Source: Clostridiales bacterium
GTDB lineage: Bacteria > Bacillota > Clostridia > Oscillospirales > QAMX01
DNA length: 48,209 nt
Reading direction: 5' to 3'
Assembly (NCBI GenBank): GCA_012800055.1
Contig: JAAZKA010000075.1
Span: 1 to 48,209 of the forward strand
Shown: one piece after another, positions 12,083 through 23,163 of the stretch
Layout: each line of letters begins with the position of its first letter
Position numbering within the stretch: the first letter of the stretch is position 1
Position numbers and translations under genes: made by a program
The notes under the pieces: model-generated
The model's database searches: none
What the model was told of the DNA's origin: nothing
The model's input: only the letters and a program-made list of their open reading frames with translations

Positions 12083-14023
12083 ATGAAAACCCCTTTCCTC
12101 AAGAATCCCGTACCCGCGACGGCTGATGATGCGCCCGTCGATGCCGACGCGCTGCTCGCTGAATTCGACCGTGAGAGCAATACCCGTCACTTCAGCGGCA
12201 TCCCCCGCAAGCTCATCCGCTACATGCTCGCGGCTTTCACGCTGTTCGTACTGTACATGAACCTCATCCCGAGCTGGCCCGAGCAGATCCGCCGCGCGGC
12301 GTTCGTCGGCCTGATCGTCTTCATGGCGTTCATGCTCTTCCCTGCCAACCGAAAAGCGCCCAAGAAGCCCAACTACATCCCCTGGTACGACTTCGTCCTC
12401 GCAATCGTCGGCGCCGGGACCTACTTTTACTTTATCTTCAACTTCGACGCCCTCATGAAGCGCGCGTCACGTATTCAGCCGCTGGAGATTGTGCTGGGCA
12501 TCATCGGCATTCTCATCCTTGCGGAGGTCTGCCGCCGCGCCGTCGGTGTCCCGATCCTTGTCGTCGCCGCGGCTTTCATCGGCTACGCCTTCCTCTCCGG
12601 TTACTCTCTCAAAATGATCATCTACCACCTCTTCTACACCCTCGAAGGCGTCTTCGCCACCCCCATCGGCGTCTGCTCGACCTTCATCGTGCTGTTCATC
12701 ATTTTGGGAGCCTTCCTTGAGAAAACCAATATAGGAACGTTCATCATAGACCTGGCAAACTCCATCTGCGGCTTTGCGGTCGGAGGCCCGGCAAAGGTCG
12801 CCGTCGTTGCCAGCGCCTTAGAGGGCATGTACTCCGGCTCGTCGGTCGCCAACACCGTCGGCTCCGGCTCGGTGACGATTCCGATCATGAAGAAGACCGG
12901 CTACCCGCCCGAGTTCGCCGCGGCTGTCGAGGCAGCTGCCTCCACCGGCGGACAGATCATGCCGCCCGTCATGGGCGCCGCAGCCTTCCTGATGGCCGAG
13001 TTCACCGAGACCCCCTACGCGACCATCGCCGTCTGTGCCATTTTCCCCGCCGTGCTCTATTTCACCGGCATCTTCATCATGATTCACCTGCGCGCCAAGA
13101 AGCTCGGGCTGAAGGGCATCCCGCGCGACCAGATCCCAAACTTCTTCAAGCTGATTCTGAAGAAGGGCTACCTGCTTCTGCCGATCGTCATCCTCGTCTT
13201 ATTGATGAGCGCAGGCCGTACACCCGCGTTCTCCGCGATTATGGCGATCGTCTCAGCAATCGTGCTCAGTTTCTTCTCCAAGGACACCCGTCTGACGCCC
13301 GTGACATTCGTCGACGCGCTCGAGAATGGCGGTAAAAACACCATCGGCGTCGCCATTGCCTGCGGCATCGCCGGCATCATCGTCGGCGTCGTGTCGCTGT
13401 CCGGCATCGGCATCAAACTGGCCGACACGCTGCTCGCGGCATCCGGCGGCATTACAATCATCGCGCTGTTCCTGACGATGATCGCCTGTATCATCCTCGG
13501 TATGGGCGTGCCGACCACCGCCAACTACGTGATCATGGCAACCATCTGCGCGCCGATTCTCGTAAAAATGGGGATCCCGCTGATTGCGGCGCACATGTTC
13601 GTCTTCTACTTCGGCATCGTCGCGGACATCACCCCGCCCGTCGCGCTTGCCGCGTACGCTGGCGCCGCCATCGCCAAGTCCAATCCCCTCAAGACCGCCG
13701 TCACTGCCTCGCGTCTGGCCATTGCGGTCTTCATCATCCCCTATATCTTCGCCCTCAACCCTGCCATGCTCTTCATCGATACCAACGTCGTGCAGGTTGT
13801 GCAGATTGTCATCACCTCGCTCATCGGCATCTATGCTCTGTCTGCCGCGCTGGAGGGTTATCTGTTCCGGCCGTTGAGCATGTGGAAGCGGCTGCTCATC
13901 GCTGCCGCCGGCATCGCGCTCATCGACCCGCAGCTGATCACCGACCTCATCGGCATCGCGGTCATCGGCGTGATTGCGATAGTGGAATACCTCGCGTTCA
14001 AACGCATCCCCGCAAAGTCCTGA
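12083..14023 (+). CDS. TRAP transporter fused 4TM/12TM permease
   Basis: GGPAKVAV, SGSSVAN, ASTGGQIMPPVMGAAAF, GMGVPTTANY and ADITPPVAL motifs. Confidence 0.95.
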   Translation: MKTPFLKNPVPATADDAPVDADALLAEFDRESNTRHFSGIPRKLIRYMLAAFTLFVLYMNLIPSWPEQIRRAAFVGLIVFMAFMLFPANRKAPKKPNYIPWYDFVLAIVGAGTYFYFIFNFDALMKRASRIQPLEIVLGIIGILILAEVCRRAVGVPILVVAAAFIGYAFLSGYSLKMIIYHLFYTLEGVFATPIGVCSTFIVLFIILGAFLEKTNIGTFIIDLANSICGFAVGGPAKVAVVASALEGMYSGSSVANTVGSGSVTIPIMKKTGYPPEFAAAVEAAASTGGQIMPPVMGAAAFLMAEFTETPYATIAVCAIFPAVLYFTGIFIMIHLRAKKLGLKGIPRDQIPNFFKLILKKGYLLLPIVILVLLMSAGRTPAFSAIMAIVSAIVLSFFSKDTRLTPVTFVDALENGGKNTIGVAIACGIAGIIVGVVSLSGIGIKLADTLLAASGGITIIALFLTMIACIILGMGVPTTANYVIMATICAPILVKMGIPLIAAHMFVFYFGIVADITPPVALAAYAGAAIAKSNPLKTAVTASRLAIAVFIIPYIFALNPAMLFIDTNVVQVVQIVITSLIGIYALSAALEGYLFRPLSMWKRLLIAAAGIALIDPQLITDLIGIAVIGVIAIVEYLAFKRIPAKS

Positions 14024-14031
14024 CCATAGAT

Positions 14032-14067
14032 AAAATCGCCCTTCGGTCGGTTCCGAAGGGCGATTTT
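14032..14067. terminator. Bidirectional rho-independent terminator
   Basis: AAAATCGCCCTTCGG-tcggtt-CCGAAGGGCGATTTT between convergent genes. Confidence 0.85.
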
Positions 14068-14068
14068 T

Positions 14069-15571
14069 CTATTCTTGTGTGAAATATGTTCTCGCGCGCC
14101 GGGTGCTGAGGTTCCAATACAGCAGATCCTCTCGCTCTCCCCTGAGATCCCGCTCCCGCAGCGCACCGCTTGCCGCCGGATGGTCTTCATGCGCGCGCAG
14201 ATACGGCACGATTCCGTCGGACATCTGCTCCAGCTCGTACTGCTCAAACCCCGCGAAGACCGTCGGATTTGTTGACGCCGTAAGCGTACCGGACTCGATT
14301 GCGTTGATGTTGTACGAGAGCGCGACCGCGTCCGCGTCGACGTATGCAAACACCAGCAGCATCGCCGCCGCCGTCACCGCAAGCGTCTGCCACAGCCGGA
14401 AGCGCGGGATATACAGCCGCAGCAGCGTATAGACAAACGTCAGCGCAAGGGCGATCATGAACCATGATGTCTGCATTCTGAGCGGCGTCAGACCATACAC
14501 GCGGATATAGAGCAGCATCTTCGCCATAGCCGTCGCAGTGAGCAGCAGCGATACCACGCCGAAGAACGTACACAACACCGCCCGCAGCGCGCGCTGACCA
14601 GTTTTCAGGAAGCAGATCACCGCAAGTATCAGCCCCATGTTGATGACGCAGACCGCGCATAGCTCGAAGAAGCCGCGCCGGGCGTACTCCGCGTAGGTGA
14701 AGCCCTCGGGCAGAAGTCCCGCGAAGCCGCCGAGAAAGTACGCAAGCTGCGAAACAAGGTAAACTGCGTAGACGATACACACCGGGATGAGAAACCCCAT
14801 TGCCGCGCCGACGGGAACCTTCCGTGTACGGGCAAGTCCCATCGGTTTTTCGACCGTCACATGTCCTTTGTGCCGCAGACCGTAGAGCATCCCGAAGGCG
14901 ACCGTCGCAAACGGGATGCCGAACAGGAATTGCTGCAGCGTCGTCCAGACGTTCTCCGAGACACTGACACGCTGCATCAGGCCCTCGAACACGCCGTCCG
15001 CGCGGATGAGCAGCCTAATGACAATGAACAGCAGCGGGATGCTGACAATCACGCCCGCGAGGATGCCGATTACCAACCGTCCGCGCTTCGCGATTGTCCC
15101 GAGGGTCTTCCACGGTGTCCCGAGGTTTCCGAACGGCAGCACCGTCACCGCGCCGAGCATGTCGAGCGCCATCCCGTCATCCCGGAACGGACGCTTTCTG
15201 CCGCCCAGCATCGTCATGAGCTGCAGCGCCGTCACACATGTCAGACAAAACAACAGCACAAGCTGCCGCCCGCCGCGTCCGTCGTACAGCAGGAACGGCA
15301 CCGTCAGTAAAAGTGTGAGAATGCCCAGCACGGTACTCTCTGCGCGGTTTTGTACCCGTATCCCCGCAAGCGCCATGTACGTGAACGTCACCGCGTACAC
15401 GCACGCGAAGAACAGCGCCACTGCGAGTCCCGAGCCGTACCCGACAATCAGCCGGATGAACAAGTAGCCCATCCCGAAGCAGAGAGGCAGCAGCACCGTT
15501 TCCGCGCGGTCATATGCGAACGGCGGTTTTTCCGTGAGGTTATACGGCAGCTCTTTTTTCGGTTCGTCCAT
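14069..15571 (-). CDS. DUF4153/DUF4173-like polytopic membrane protein
   Basis: ADGVF, YAEYARRGFFEL and YIRVYGLTPLR motifs; GGAGGA RBS before ATG 15571. Confidence 0.8.
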   Translation of the reverse strand: MDEPKKELPYNLTEKPPFAYDRAETVLLPLCFGMGYLFIRLIVGYGSGLAVALFFACVYAVTFTYMALAGIRVQNRAESTVLGILTLLLTVPFLLYDGRGGRQLVLLFCLTCVTALQLMTMLGGRKRPFRDDGMALDMLGAVTVLPFGNLGTPWKTLGTIAKRGRLVIGILAGVIVSIPLLFIVIRLLIRADGVFEGLMQRVSVSENVWTTLQQFLFGIPFATVAFGMLYGLRHKGHVTVEKPMGLARTRKVPVGAAMGFLIPVCIVYAVYLVSQLAYFLGGFAGLLPEGFTYAEYARRGFFELCAVCVINMGLILAVICFLKTGQRALRAVLCTFFGVVSLLLTATAMAKMLLYIRVYGLTPLRMQTSWFMIALALTFVYTLLRLYIPRFRLWQTLAVTAAAMLLVFAYVDADAVALSYNINAIESGTLTASTNPTVFAGFEQYELEQMSDGIVPYLRAHEDHPAASGALRERDLRGEREDLLYWNLSTRRARTYFTQE

Positions 15572-15606
15572 ATCGTGAATCCTCCCAATATTGATATCGT
15601 GAGGAT

Positions 15607-15635
15607 AGGATACCACATCCTCTGCCGTTTGTCAA
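15607..15635 (-). promoter_or_regulatory. Promoter of the DUF4153-like gene
   Basis: Minus strand TTGACA-17 bp-TATCCT with extended TG. Confidence 0.6.
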
Positions 15636-15675
15636 TACATTCTTATCGAATTTCAATAATAATTTTCCGATAAGC

Positions 15676-15706
15676 AAGCGGTGGCGTGAGAAACACCACC
15701 GCTTTT
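15676..15706. terminator. Hairpin downstream of the metal ABC permease
   Basis: AAGCGGTGGCG-tgagaaa-CACCACCGCTT inverted repeat. Confidence 0.6.
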
Positions 15707-15711
15707 CCGAT

Positions 15712-16554
15712 TCAGCTCCTTACGCGTGCAAGCATGGTCAGACCAAAGCAGCCGCCCAAGCACAGCACAATCAGCGCGGACGCCGCACAGCCGATGTAGT
15801 ACGCGCCGATGCAGCCGCCGATGCCGCAGATAAGCGCGAGCAGCACCGACGCGAGAGTAAAGCGTCCCATGCTGCCGGTGAGATTGCGCGCGGCGGCGGC
15901 AGGGAGGATCAGCAGCGCGTTGATGACAAGCATCCCGACCCAGCGGATCGCGACGGTCACGGAGATGGCGACCACGACGGAGAAAATCAGCTCCGAAAGC
16001 ACCGGACGGATCCCGCGGCTCATCGCGATGGAACGGTGGAGCGAAATCGTGACGAGTTTGTTCGCAGCGATCAGCCAATAGACCACCACGCCCAGAAGCA
16101 GCAGTGCCGCCCAGAGAAGTTCCGCCGGACGCACGCTCATCAGATCACCGACGAGCAGCGAGTTGAGCTTCGATAGCCCCGTCCCGCGTGTCGCGAGGAC
16201 TAAGCCCAGCGCGATGCTCACGGCCGAGTAGACGCCGATGATCGTATCCGACGACAGCCGGGCCTTCGCGCGCGTCACGGTTACCAGGAGCGCGAAGATG
16301 ATCGAGAACACCACCGCGCCCCACAGCGGCTCCGTGAAGCCCGCGAGTGTCCCTACAACCATGCCTGTGAACGCGCCGTGCCCTAAGGATTCCGAGAAGA
16401 ACGCCATGTTCGTGTTGACAATCATCGTCGACAGCAGCCCGAACAACGGCGCAATGAGCAGCACCGCCAGCAGTGCGTTTTTGAAGAACAGCCCCTGCCC
16501 CGGCTCCGCCCATGAAAACGGCAGAAGATCAACGATTGCGTACCAAACCTGCAT
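15712..16554 (-). CDS. Zn/Mn ABC transporter permease (ZnuB-like)
   Basis: FFSESLGHGAFTG, LLVGDL and VGMLVINALLILPAAAARN motifs; start uncertain. Confidence 0.9.
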   Translation of the reverse strand: MQVWYAIVDLLPFSWAEPGQGLFFKNALLAVLLIAPLFGLLSTMIVNTNMAFFSESLGHGAFTGMVVGTLAGFTEPLWGAVVFSIIFALLVTVTRAKARLSSDTIIGVYSAVSIALGLVLATRGTGLSKLNSLLVGDLMSVRPAELLWAALLLLGVVVYWLIAANKLVTISLHRSIAMSRGIRPVLSELIFSVVVAISVTVAIRWVGMLVINALLILPAAAARNLTGSMGRFTLASVLLALICGIGGCIGAYYIGCAASALIVLCLGGCFGLTMLARVRS

Positions 16555-16637
16555 AATATCACCCAAAACCGCGGTATTTCGTATGCTCACAGGGCGGGAT
16601 ACCCTCATCCCTCCATAATTGCCGTCTGCGTAATGTC

Positions 16638-17378
16638 CTATCCGAGCAGCGCCTTATATTCCGCCGACGTGAGGACCTCATCCGGCGCCCCGCTCTTGAC
16701 CACACGTCGGTTGATCAGCACGACCCGGTCGGCATACTTGCGCACGAGATCGGGGTCATGTGAAATCAGCAGCACCGATAAGTCGGCACTCTCCTTGACG
16801 CGTTCGACGGTCTCATAGAACATCGACAGCCCGTGGACATCGACACCGGAGGACGGCTCATCGAGCAAAAGAAGCTGCGGCTGCGGATTGAGCGCCAGCG
16901 CGAGAAGTACCCGCTGCAGCTCGCCGCCGGACAGCACGCCGACCCGTCGGTCAATCGTATAGTCCACATCGACCATGCGCAGACCTTCGCGTACCCACTC
17001 GCGCCGCTTCTTCCCGCACGGCAGCCAGACCGGATACCGGCTCGTGCAGGCGAGAAAGAGGTCACACACCGTCGCCGGGTACTGTGGGTCAAAGCGCGGC
17101 GTCTGCGGCACATAACCGATCACGGGCCTGATGGGAACGGTCGTATGGGCGTTGGTGAAGCGGATGTCGCCGGAGTGGGGCAGCTCACCCAGAATCGCGC
17201 GCATCAGCGTGGACTTTCCCGCACCGTTGGGGCCGATGAGCGCGGTGGTCTCGCCGCAATGCATGTGCAGGCTGACATCGTCGAGGATTATCTCCATCCC
17301 GGCGCTGACGCTCACATGCTCGATCTTTGTGCAGCACGCCACGCCGCACGCATTCGTTCCGTGCAGATTGACACGCAT
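16638..17378 (-). CDS. Zn/Mn ABC transporter ATP-binding protein (ZnuC-like)
   Basis: GPNGAGKST, GYVPQ, LSGGELQR, LLDEP and SHD motifs. Confidence 0.93.
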   Translation of the reverse strand: MRVNLHGTNACGVACCTKIEHVSVSAGMEIILDDVSLHMHCGETTALIGPNGAGKSTLMRAILGELPHSGDIRFTNAHTTVPIRPVIGYVPQTPRFDPQYPATVCDLFLACTSRYPVWLPCGKKRREWVREGLRMVDVDYTIDRRVGVLSGGELQRVLLALALNPQPQLLLLDEPSSGVDVHGLSMFYETVERVKESADLSVLLISHDPDLVRKYADRVVLINRRVVKSGAPDEVLTSAEYKALLG

Positions 17379-17381
17379 CGC

Positions 17382-18284
17382 TTAATCCTTTCCTCCGAGT
17401 GCTCGTACGAGCACGTCACAGTTTGCTTTCGTCAGTGTGAGAAAGTCCGCAAGGTCATTTTCTCCCGGCGATACCAGCGAGTGGACCGTCACGATCTTGG
17501 CTCCCGTCTCGAGCGCGATGGTCTGCGCGGCACGGTCGTCGTACTGCGCATCGGCAAACAGCGCGGTCACACCGTACTTTTTCACCGCCGCGATCACCGT
17601 GTTCAGCTCCTGCGCCGTCGGTTCCTCATTCGGTTCCTTCGCGATCACGCCCACGACGTTCAGGTCATAGTCCGCCGCGACGTAGGCAAAGCTTTCGTGA
17701 AAGATGACGATGTCGCGCACCGGGATGTCTTTGAGCCGTGCGGCTGTCTCATCCCGCAGCGCGCGCAGCTTCCCGGAGAACTCCACGGCGTTCTTCTCGT
17801 AGACGTCCGCATAGGCGGGATCCAGTTCGCCGAGCGTATGGGCGATGTTCGCAGCCATCCCGCACGCGCCGTCCGTGCTCATCCACAGATGGGCGTTGTA
17901 CTCCGTCTCACCGGTCACGCTCGGAAGCTGTGTCAGATTCTCCGACGCTTCGGCCAGCTTGAGATTGGGCTGGGAGGCCGCAAGCTGTTCGGCAAAGCTC
18001 TCCATGCCGCCGCCGCAGAGGATGAGGACGTCTGCATCCTCGAGCAGCTTGAGGTCATTCATCGTCAGCGCGTAGTCGTGGAGGCATCCAGCTGCGGCGG
18101 GCGCCATGTTCGTGACGCGTACACCCTCGGTATCGCCGACGACCGCGCGGGTCAGCAGCCACACGGGATAGAACGATGTCGCCACCCGCAGGCGCGACGT
18201 GTCCGCCGGTGCAGATCTGCCCGCCGTACACGCGGAGAACAGCAGCAATATGACAAGGGCAAACGATAAGACAGTGCGTATCAT
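17382..18284 (-). CDS. Zn/Mn ABC transporter substrate-binding lipoprotein (ZnuA-like)
   Basis: Lipobox FSAC; ATSFYPV, CLHDY, NAHLW and FHESFAY metal-ligand motifs. Confidence 0.9.
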   Translation of the reverse strand: MIRTVLSFALVILLLFSACTAGRSAPADTSRLRVATSFYPVWLLTRAVVGDTEGVRVTNMAPAAAGCLHDYALTMNDLKLLEDADVLILCGGGMESFAEQLAASQPNLKLAEASENLTQLPSVTGETEYNAHLWMSTDGACGMAANIAHTLGELDPAYADVYEKNAVEFSGKLRALRDETAARLKDIPVRDIVIFHESFAYVAADYDLNVVGVIAKEPNEEPTAQELNTVIAAVKKYGVTALFADAQYDDRAAQTIALETGAKIVTVHSLVSPGENDLADFLTLTKANCDVLVRALGGKD

Positions 18285-18316
18285 AGCGATTATCCTTTGC
18301 TCAAAGTATTGATATG

Positions 18317-18357
18317 GGGGATGGCGGGACGCGTTGAGCAGCGTCTAGCCATCCCCC
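18317..18357 (-). terminator. Hairpin after groEL (no clear U-tract)
   Basis: GGGGATGGC...GCCATCCCC inverted repeat. Confidence 0.5.
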
Positions 18358-18389
18358 GAACAGGTCTACTATGCGATTTGCGGGATCGT

Positions 18390-20412
<2,023 letters not shown>

Positions 20413-20422
20413 CACAGTTACT

Positions 20423-20451
20423 ATGATAGCGCTAATTCCTTCTTTTATCAA
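20423..20451 (-). promoter_or_regulatory. groESL promoter
   Basis: Minus strand TTGATA-17 bp-TATCAT just upstream of CIRCE. Confidence 0.7.
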
Positions 20452-20568
20452 CCCCCGTATTTCGCCTTTATTCTCATTTACCCCTTCTTTTTCTTCATAT
20501 ATCTCATCTATTCTCGCTCAAACGCTGCCTTGCATATTATTTCATGTTTTTCGGGTATTGTCGTAAAA

Positions 20569-20597
20569 CAGGCGTCGGAGCAGCACTCCGACGCCTG
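20569..20597 (-). terminator. Terminator of the lipid kinase gene
   Basis: CAGGCGTCGGAG-cagca-CTCCGACGCCTG followed by TTTT on the minus strand. Confidence 0.75.
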
Positions 20598-20608
20598 CCG
20601 GAAGCGCG

Positions 20609-21532
20609 TCAGACGGGGGTCTGATCGCGCAGCAGTGCCGCACCTTCGGGGATGACGAAGCGGACGGCACCGGGCAGCATCTCGACGGACACCTCGGTTA
20701 CAACGCGGATTTCGCCGTCGAAGCAGATCGGCTCGGGCTTTTCTGTACGCAGCTTGAGGGTATGCGCACGGCGGTAGAACTGCTGCGCGCCCAACTTGGC
20801 ATGGTGGCCGGCGAAGTAGGCGCCGATGAAACGGATAAGCTTGAAGCGGCTGATACGCCGGATGCAGACAATGTCCATCAGCCCGTCATCCGGCTCGGCC
20901 TCGGGGACAGCCTGGCAGCCGCCGCCGTACCACCGTCCGTTTGCCGCGATGATGACGGCGATTTCCTCGTCAAGCAACTCGCCGTCGATCTCGATATGAT
21001 AGCGGCGGTTGATCTTTCGGAAAAAGTTGACGAGGATGCCAACCTTATACGGGAACCCGCCGCCAAACGGGCACTTGCGTTTGTTGCGCACGACCCAGTG
21101 GGCGATGCGCGCGTCCAGTCCGGCATTGCATTCGTTGATCGCGTAGCTGTCCCCGACCCGCATCACGTCGAGAAGAACGGCCAGTCCTTCAGCCTGCGCG
21201 GTGATGCTGCGGAAGCGTTCCGGGCGGTCAAACAGGCGGATGAAGTCATTGCCGGTTCCGCAGGGGATACAGGCAAGCTCGACGTTCGTACGTCCGACGA
21301 CACCATGCAGCGCCTCGGAGAGCGTGCCGTCTCCGCCGCAGGCGTAGAACCGGCACACACGCGGCATGTACTTGTCGGCGATTTCGGCGACCAGCTTTCC
21401 CGCGTCGCCGGGACCGCGCGTGACGTGAATTTCGTAATCCATCCCGTCCATCTCGTGTGCGATCTCGCCGCGCAGCTGTGCCGTGCTGTCCTTCAGTCCC
21501 GCCGCGGGATTGATCAGAAAGATATGTTTCAT
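20609..21532 (-). CDS. Diacylglycerol/lipid kinase family protein (YegS/DagK-like)
   Basis: INPAAG, CGGDGT, PCGTGNDF, NGRWYGGG and FDGE motifs. Confidence 0.9.
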   Translation of the reverse strand: MKHIFLINPAAGLKDSTAQLRGEIAHEMDGMDYEIHVTRGPGDAGKLVAEIADKYMPRVCRFYACGGDGTLSEALHGVVGRTNVELACIPCGTGNDFIRLFDRPERFRSITAQAEGLAVLLDVMRVGDSYAINECNAGLDARIAHWVVRNKRKCPFGGGFPYKVGILVNFFRKINRRYHIEIDGELLDEEIAVIIAANGRWYGGGCQAVPEAEPDDGLMDIVCIRRISRFKLIRFIGAYFAGHHAKLGAQQFYRRAHTLKLRTEKPEPICFDGEIRVVTEVSVEMLPGAVRFVIPEGAALLRDQTPV

Positions 21533-21666
21533 AAAGCAAGCCTCCTGCCGGGGGTCTTTTTATCGTACTGACAGGATACACCTTTTTCGATAAAATTGCA
21601 AGACTTATTCTGCTCTTAACACCGGGGTTTCGAGCTTTTTTATCTCCGTCATCCCGGAGGAAGCTC

Positions 21667-21695
21667 TTGCAAATCCCGCGGAAGAATGGTATAAT
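21667..21695 (+). promoter_or_regulatory. miaB-mutS promoter
   Basis: TTGCAA-17 bp-TATAAT with extended TG. Confidence 0.75.
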
Positions 21696-21729
21696 AGAGT
21701 AAATACCAGCGAACGGGGCTTATGGAACT

Positions 21730-23163
21730 TTGAAGCAAACAAACTTTGTCTCTCCCGAAGAACTTACGATACAGGACGGCTTCACCTCCCGCGTGCTGCG
21801 GATGAACGCGGCGTATACCGCGCAGTCCGGGGAGAACCGCCGTGCGTACGTCGACTGCTACGGCTGCCAGCAGAACGAAGCCGATGCCGAAATCCTGCAC
21901 GGCCTTTTGCGGCGTATGGGATATCAGGATGCCGAAAACGAGCATGACGCCGACGTCGTGCTCATCAACACCTGCGCCATCCGCGAACATGCCGAAGCGC
22001 GTGTCCTCGGCAACATCGGCGCGCTCTCGCACGACAAGCGCCGGCGTCCGGATATGATCATCGGCGTCTGCGGGTGTATGCCGCAGCAGCCGCATATGTC
22101 AGAAAAACTCAAAAAGAGCTTTCCCTATGTCGACCTCGTCTTCGGTACCCACGCGGTCTACAAGCTGCCGGAGCTGCTCTATACCGCGTTAACCGAAAAA
22201 AAACGCGTCTTTTCCACCGAGAACTCCGACGGCCGCATCGCCGAAGGTCTGCCGGTCGTACGCCGGGAGCGGGAGAAGGCGTGGGTCAGCATCATGTACG
22301 GCTGCAACAACTTTTGCACCTACTGCGTGGTTCCCTATGTACGCGGCCGTGAGCGCAGCCGCGACCCGGAACGCGTACTCGACGAGGTGCGGGGACTTGT
22401 GTCGAATGGATATCGCGACATCACGCTGCTGGGACAGAACGTCAACTCCTACGGCAACGACCGGGAAAATGGCATGCGCTTCCCGGAGCTTTTACGCCGC
22501 ATTGACGCCATCGACGGCGACTACGTCATCCGCTTCATGACCAGCCATCCCAAGGACGCGACGCCTGAACTCATCGACGTCATCGCGTCCTCGAGGCACT
22601 GCGCGCACGGCATCCATCTGCCTGTGCAGTCCGGTTCCGACCGTATCCTCAAGCTGATGAACCGTCGCTACACGGTCGGGAAATACCTGGAGCTGATCGA
22701 TTACGCCCGCGCGCACATCCCCGACCTCGTCATCACATCGGACATCATCGTCGGCTTCCCCGGAGAAACCGAGGAGGACTTTCAGGAGACGCTCGATCTG
22801 ATCGAATATGTGCGCTACGATTCGCTGTTCACGTTCCTCTATTCGCCGCGTGTCGGCACACCGGCAGCGTCGATGGAGGACCCGGCGACGCTAGAGGAAA
22901 AGCAGGCGCGCTTTAATCGGCTGCTCGAGGCACAGAATCGCATCTCGCGGCAGATCCATGAAGGCTACATCGGAAAGACGCTGCGGCTGCGGCTGGACGA
23001 TCTGAAGCCCTGCCCGGGCTACGCGCTTTCGGCGAGGACCGACGGCGGACGTCTGGTGCATGTGGACGCGCCGGAGAGCCTGCGGAGAACGGTCGCGGAC
23101 GTTTTCATCGAGCGCGCGTCGACCTATGCGCTGTTCGGCAAAGTCACGGAGAGTGGAACATGA
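21730..23163 (+). CDS. miaB: tRNA-2-methylthio-N6-dimethylallyladenosine synthase MiaB
   Basis: GCQQNEAD, NTCAIRE, radical SAM CNNFCTYC, SDIIVGFPGET, YSPRVGTPA; C-terminal TRAM-like region. Confidence 0.95.
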   Translation: MKQTNFVSPEELTIQDGFTSRVLRMNAAYTAQSGENRRAYVDCYGCQQNEADAEILHGLLRRMGYQDAENEHDADVVLINTCAIREHAEARVLGNIGALSHDKRRRPDMIIGVCGCMPQQPHMSEKLKKSFPYVDLVFGTHAVYKLPELLYTALTEKKRVFSTENSDGRIAEGLPVVRREREKAWVSIMYGCNNFCTYCVVPYVRGRERSRDPERVLDEVRGLVSNGYRDITLLGQNVNSYGNDRENGMRFPELLRRIDAIDGDYVIRFMTSHPKDATPELIDVIASSRHCAHGIHLPVQSGSDRILKLMNRRYTVGKYLELIDYARAHIPDLVITSDIIVGFPGETEEDFQETLDLIEYVRYDSLFTFLYSPRVGTPAASMEDPATLEEKQARFNRLLEAQNRISRQIHEGYIGKTLRLRLDDLKPCPGYALSARTDGGRLVHVDAPESLRRTVADVFIERASTYALFGKVTESGT

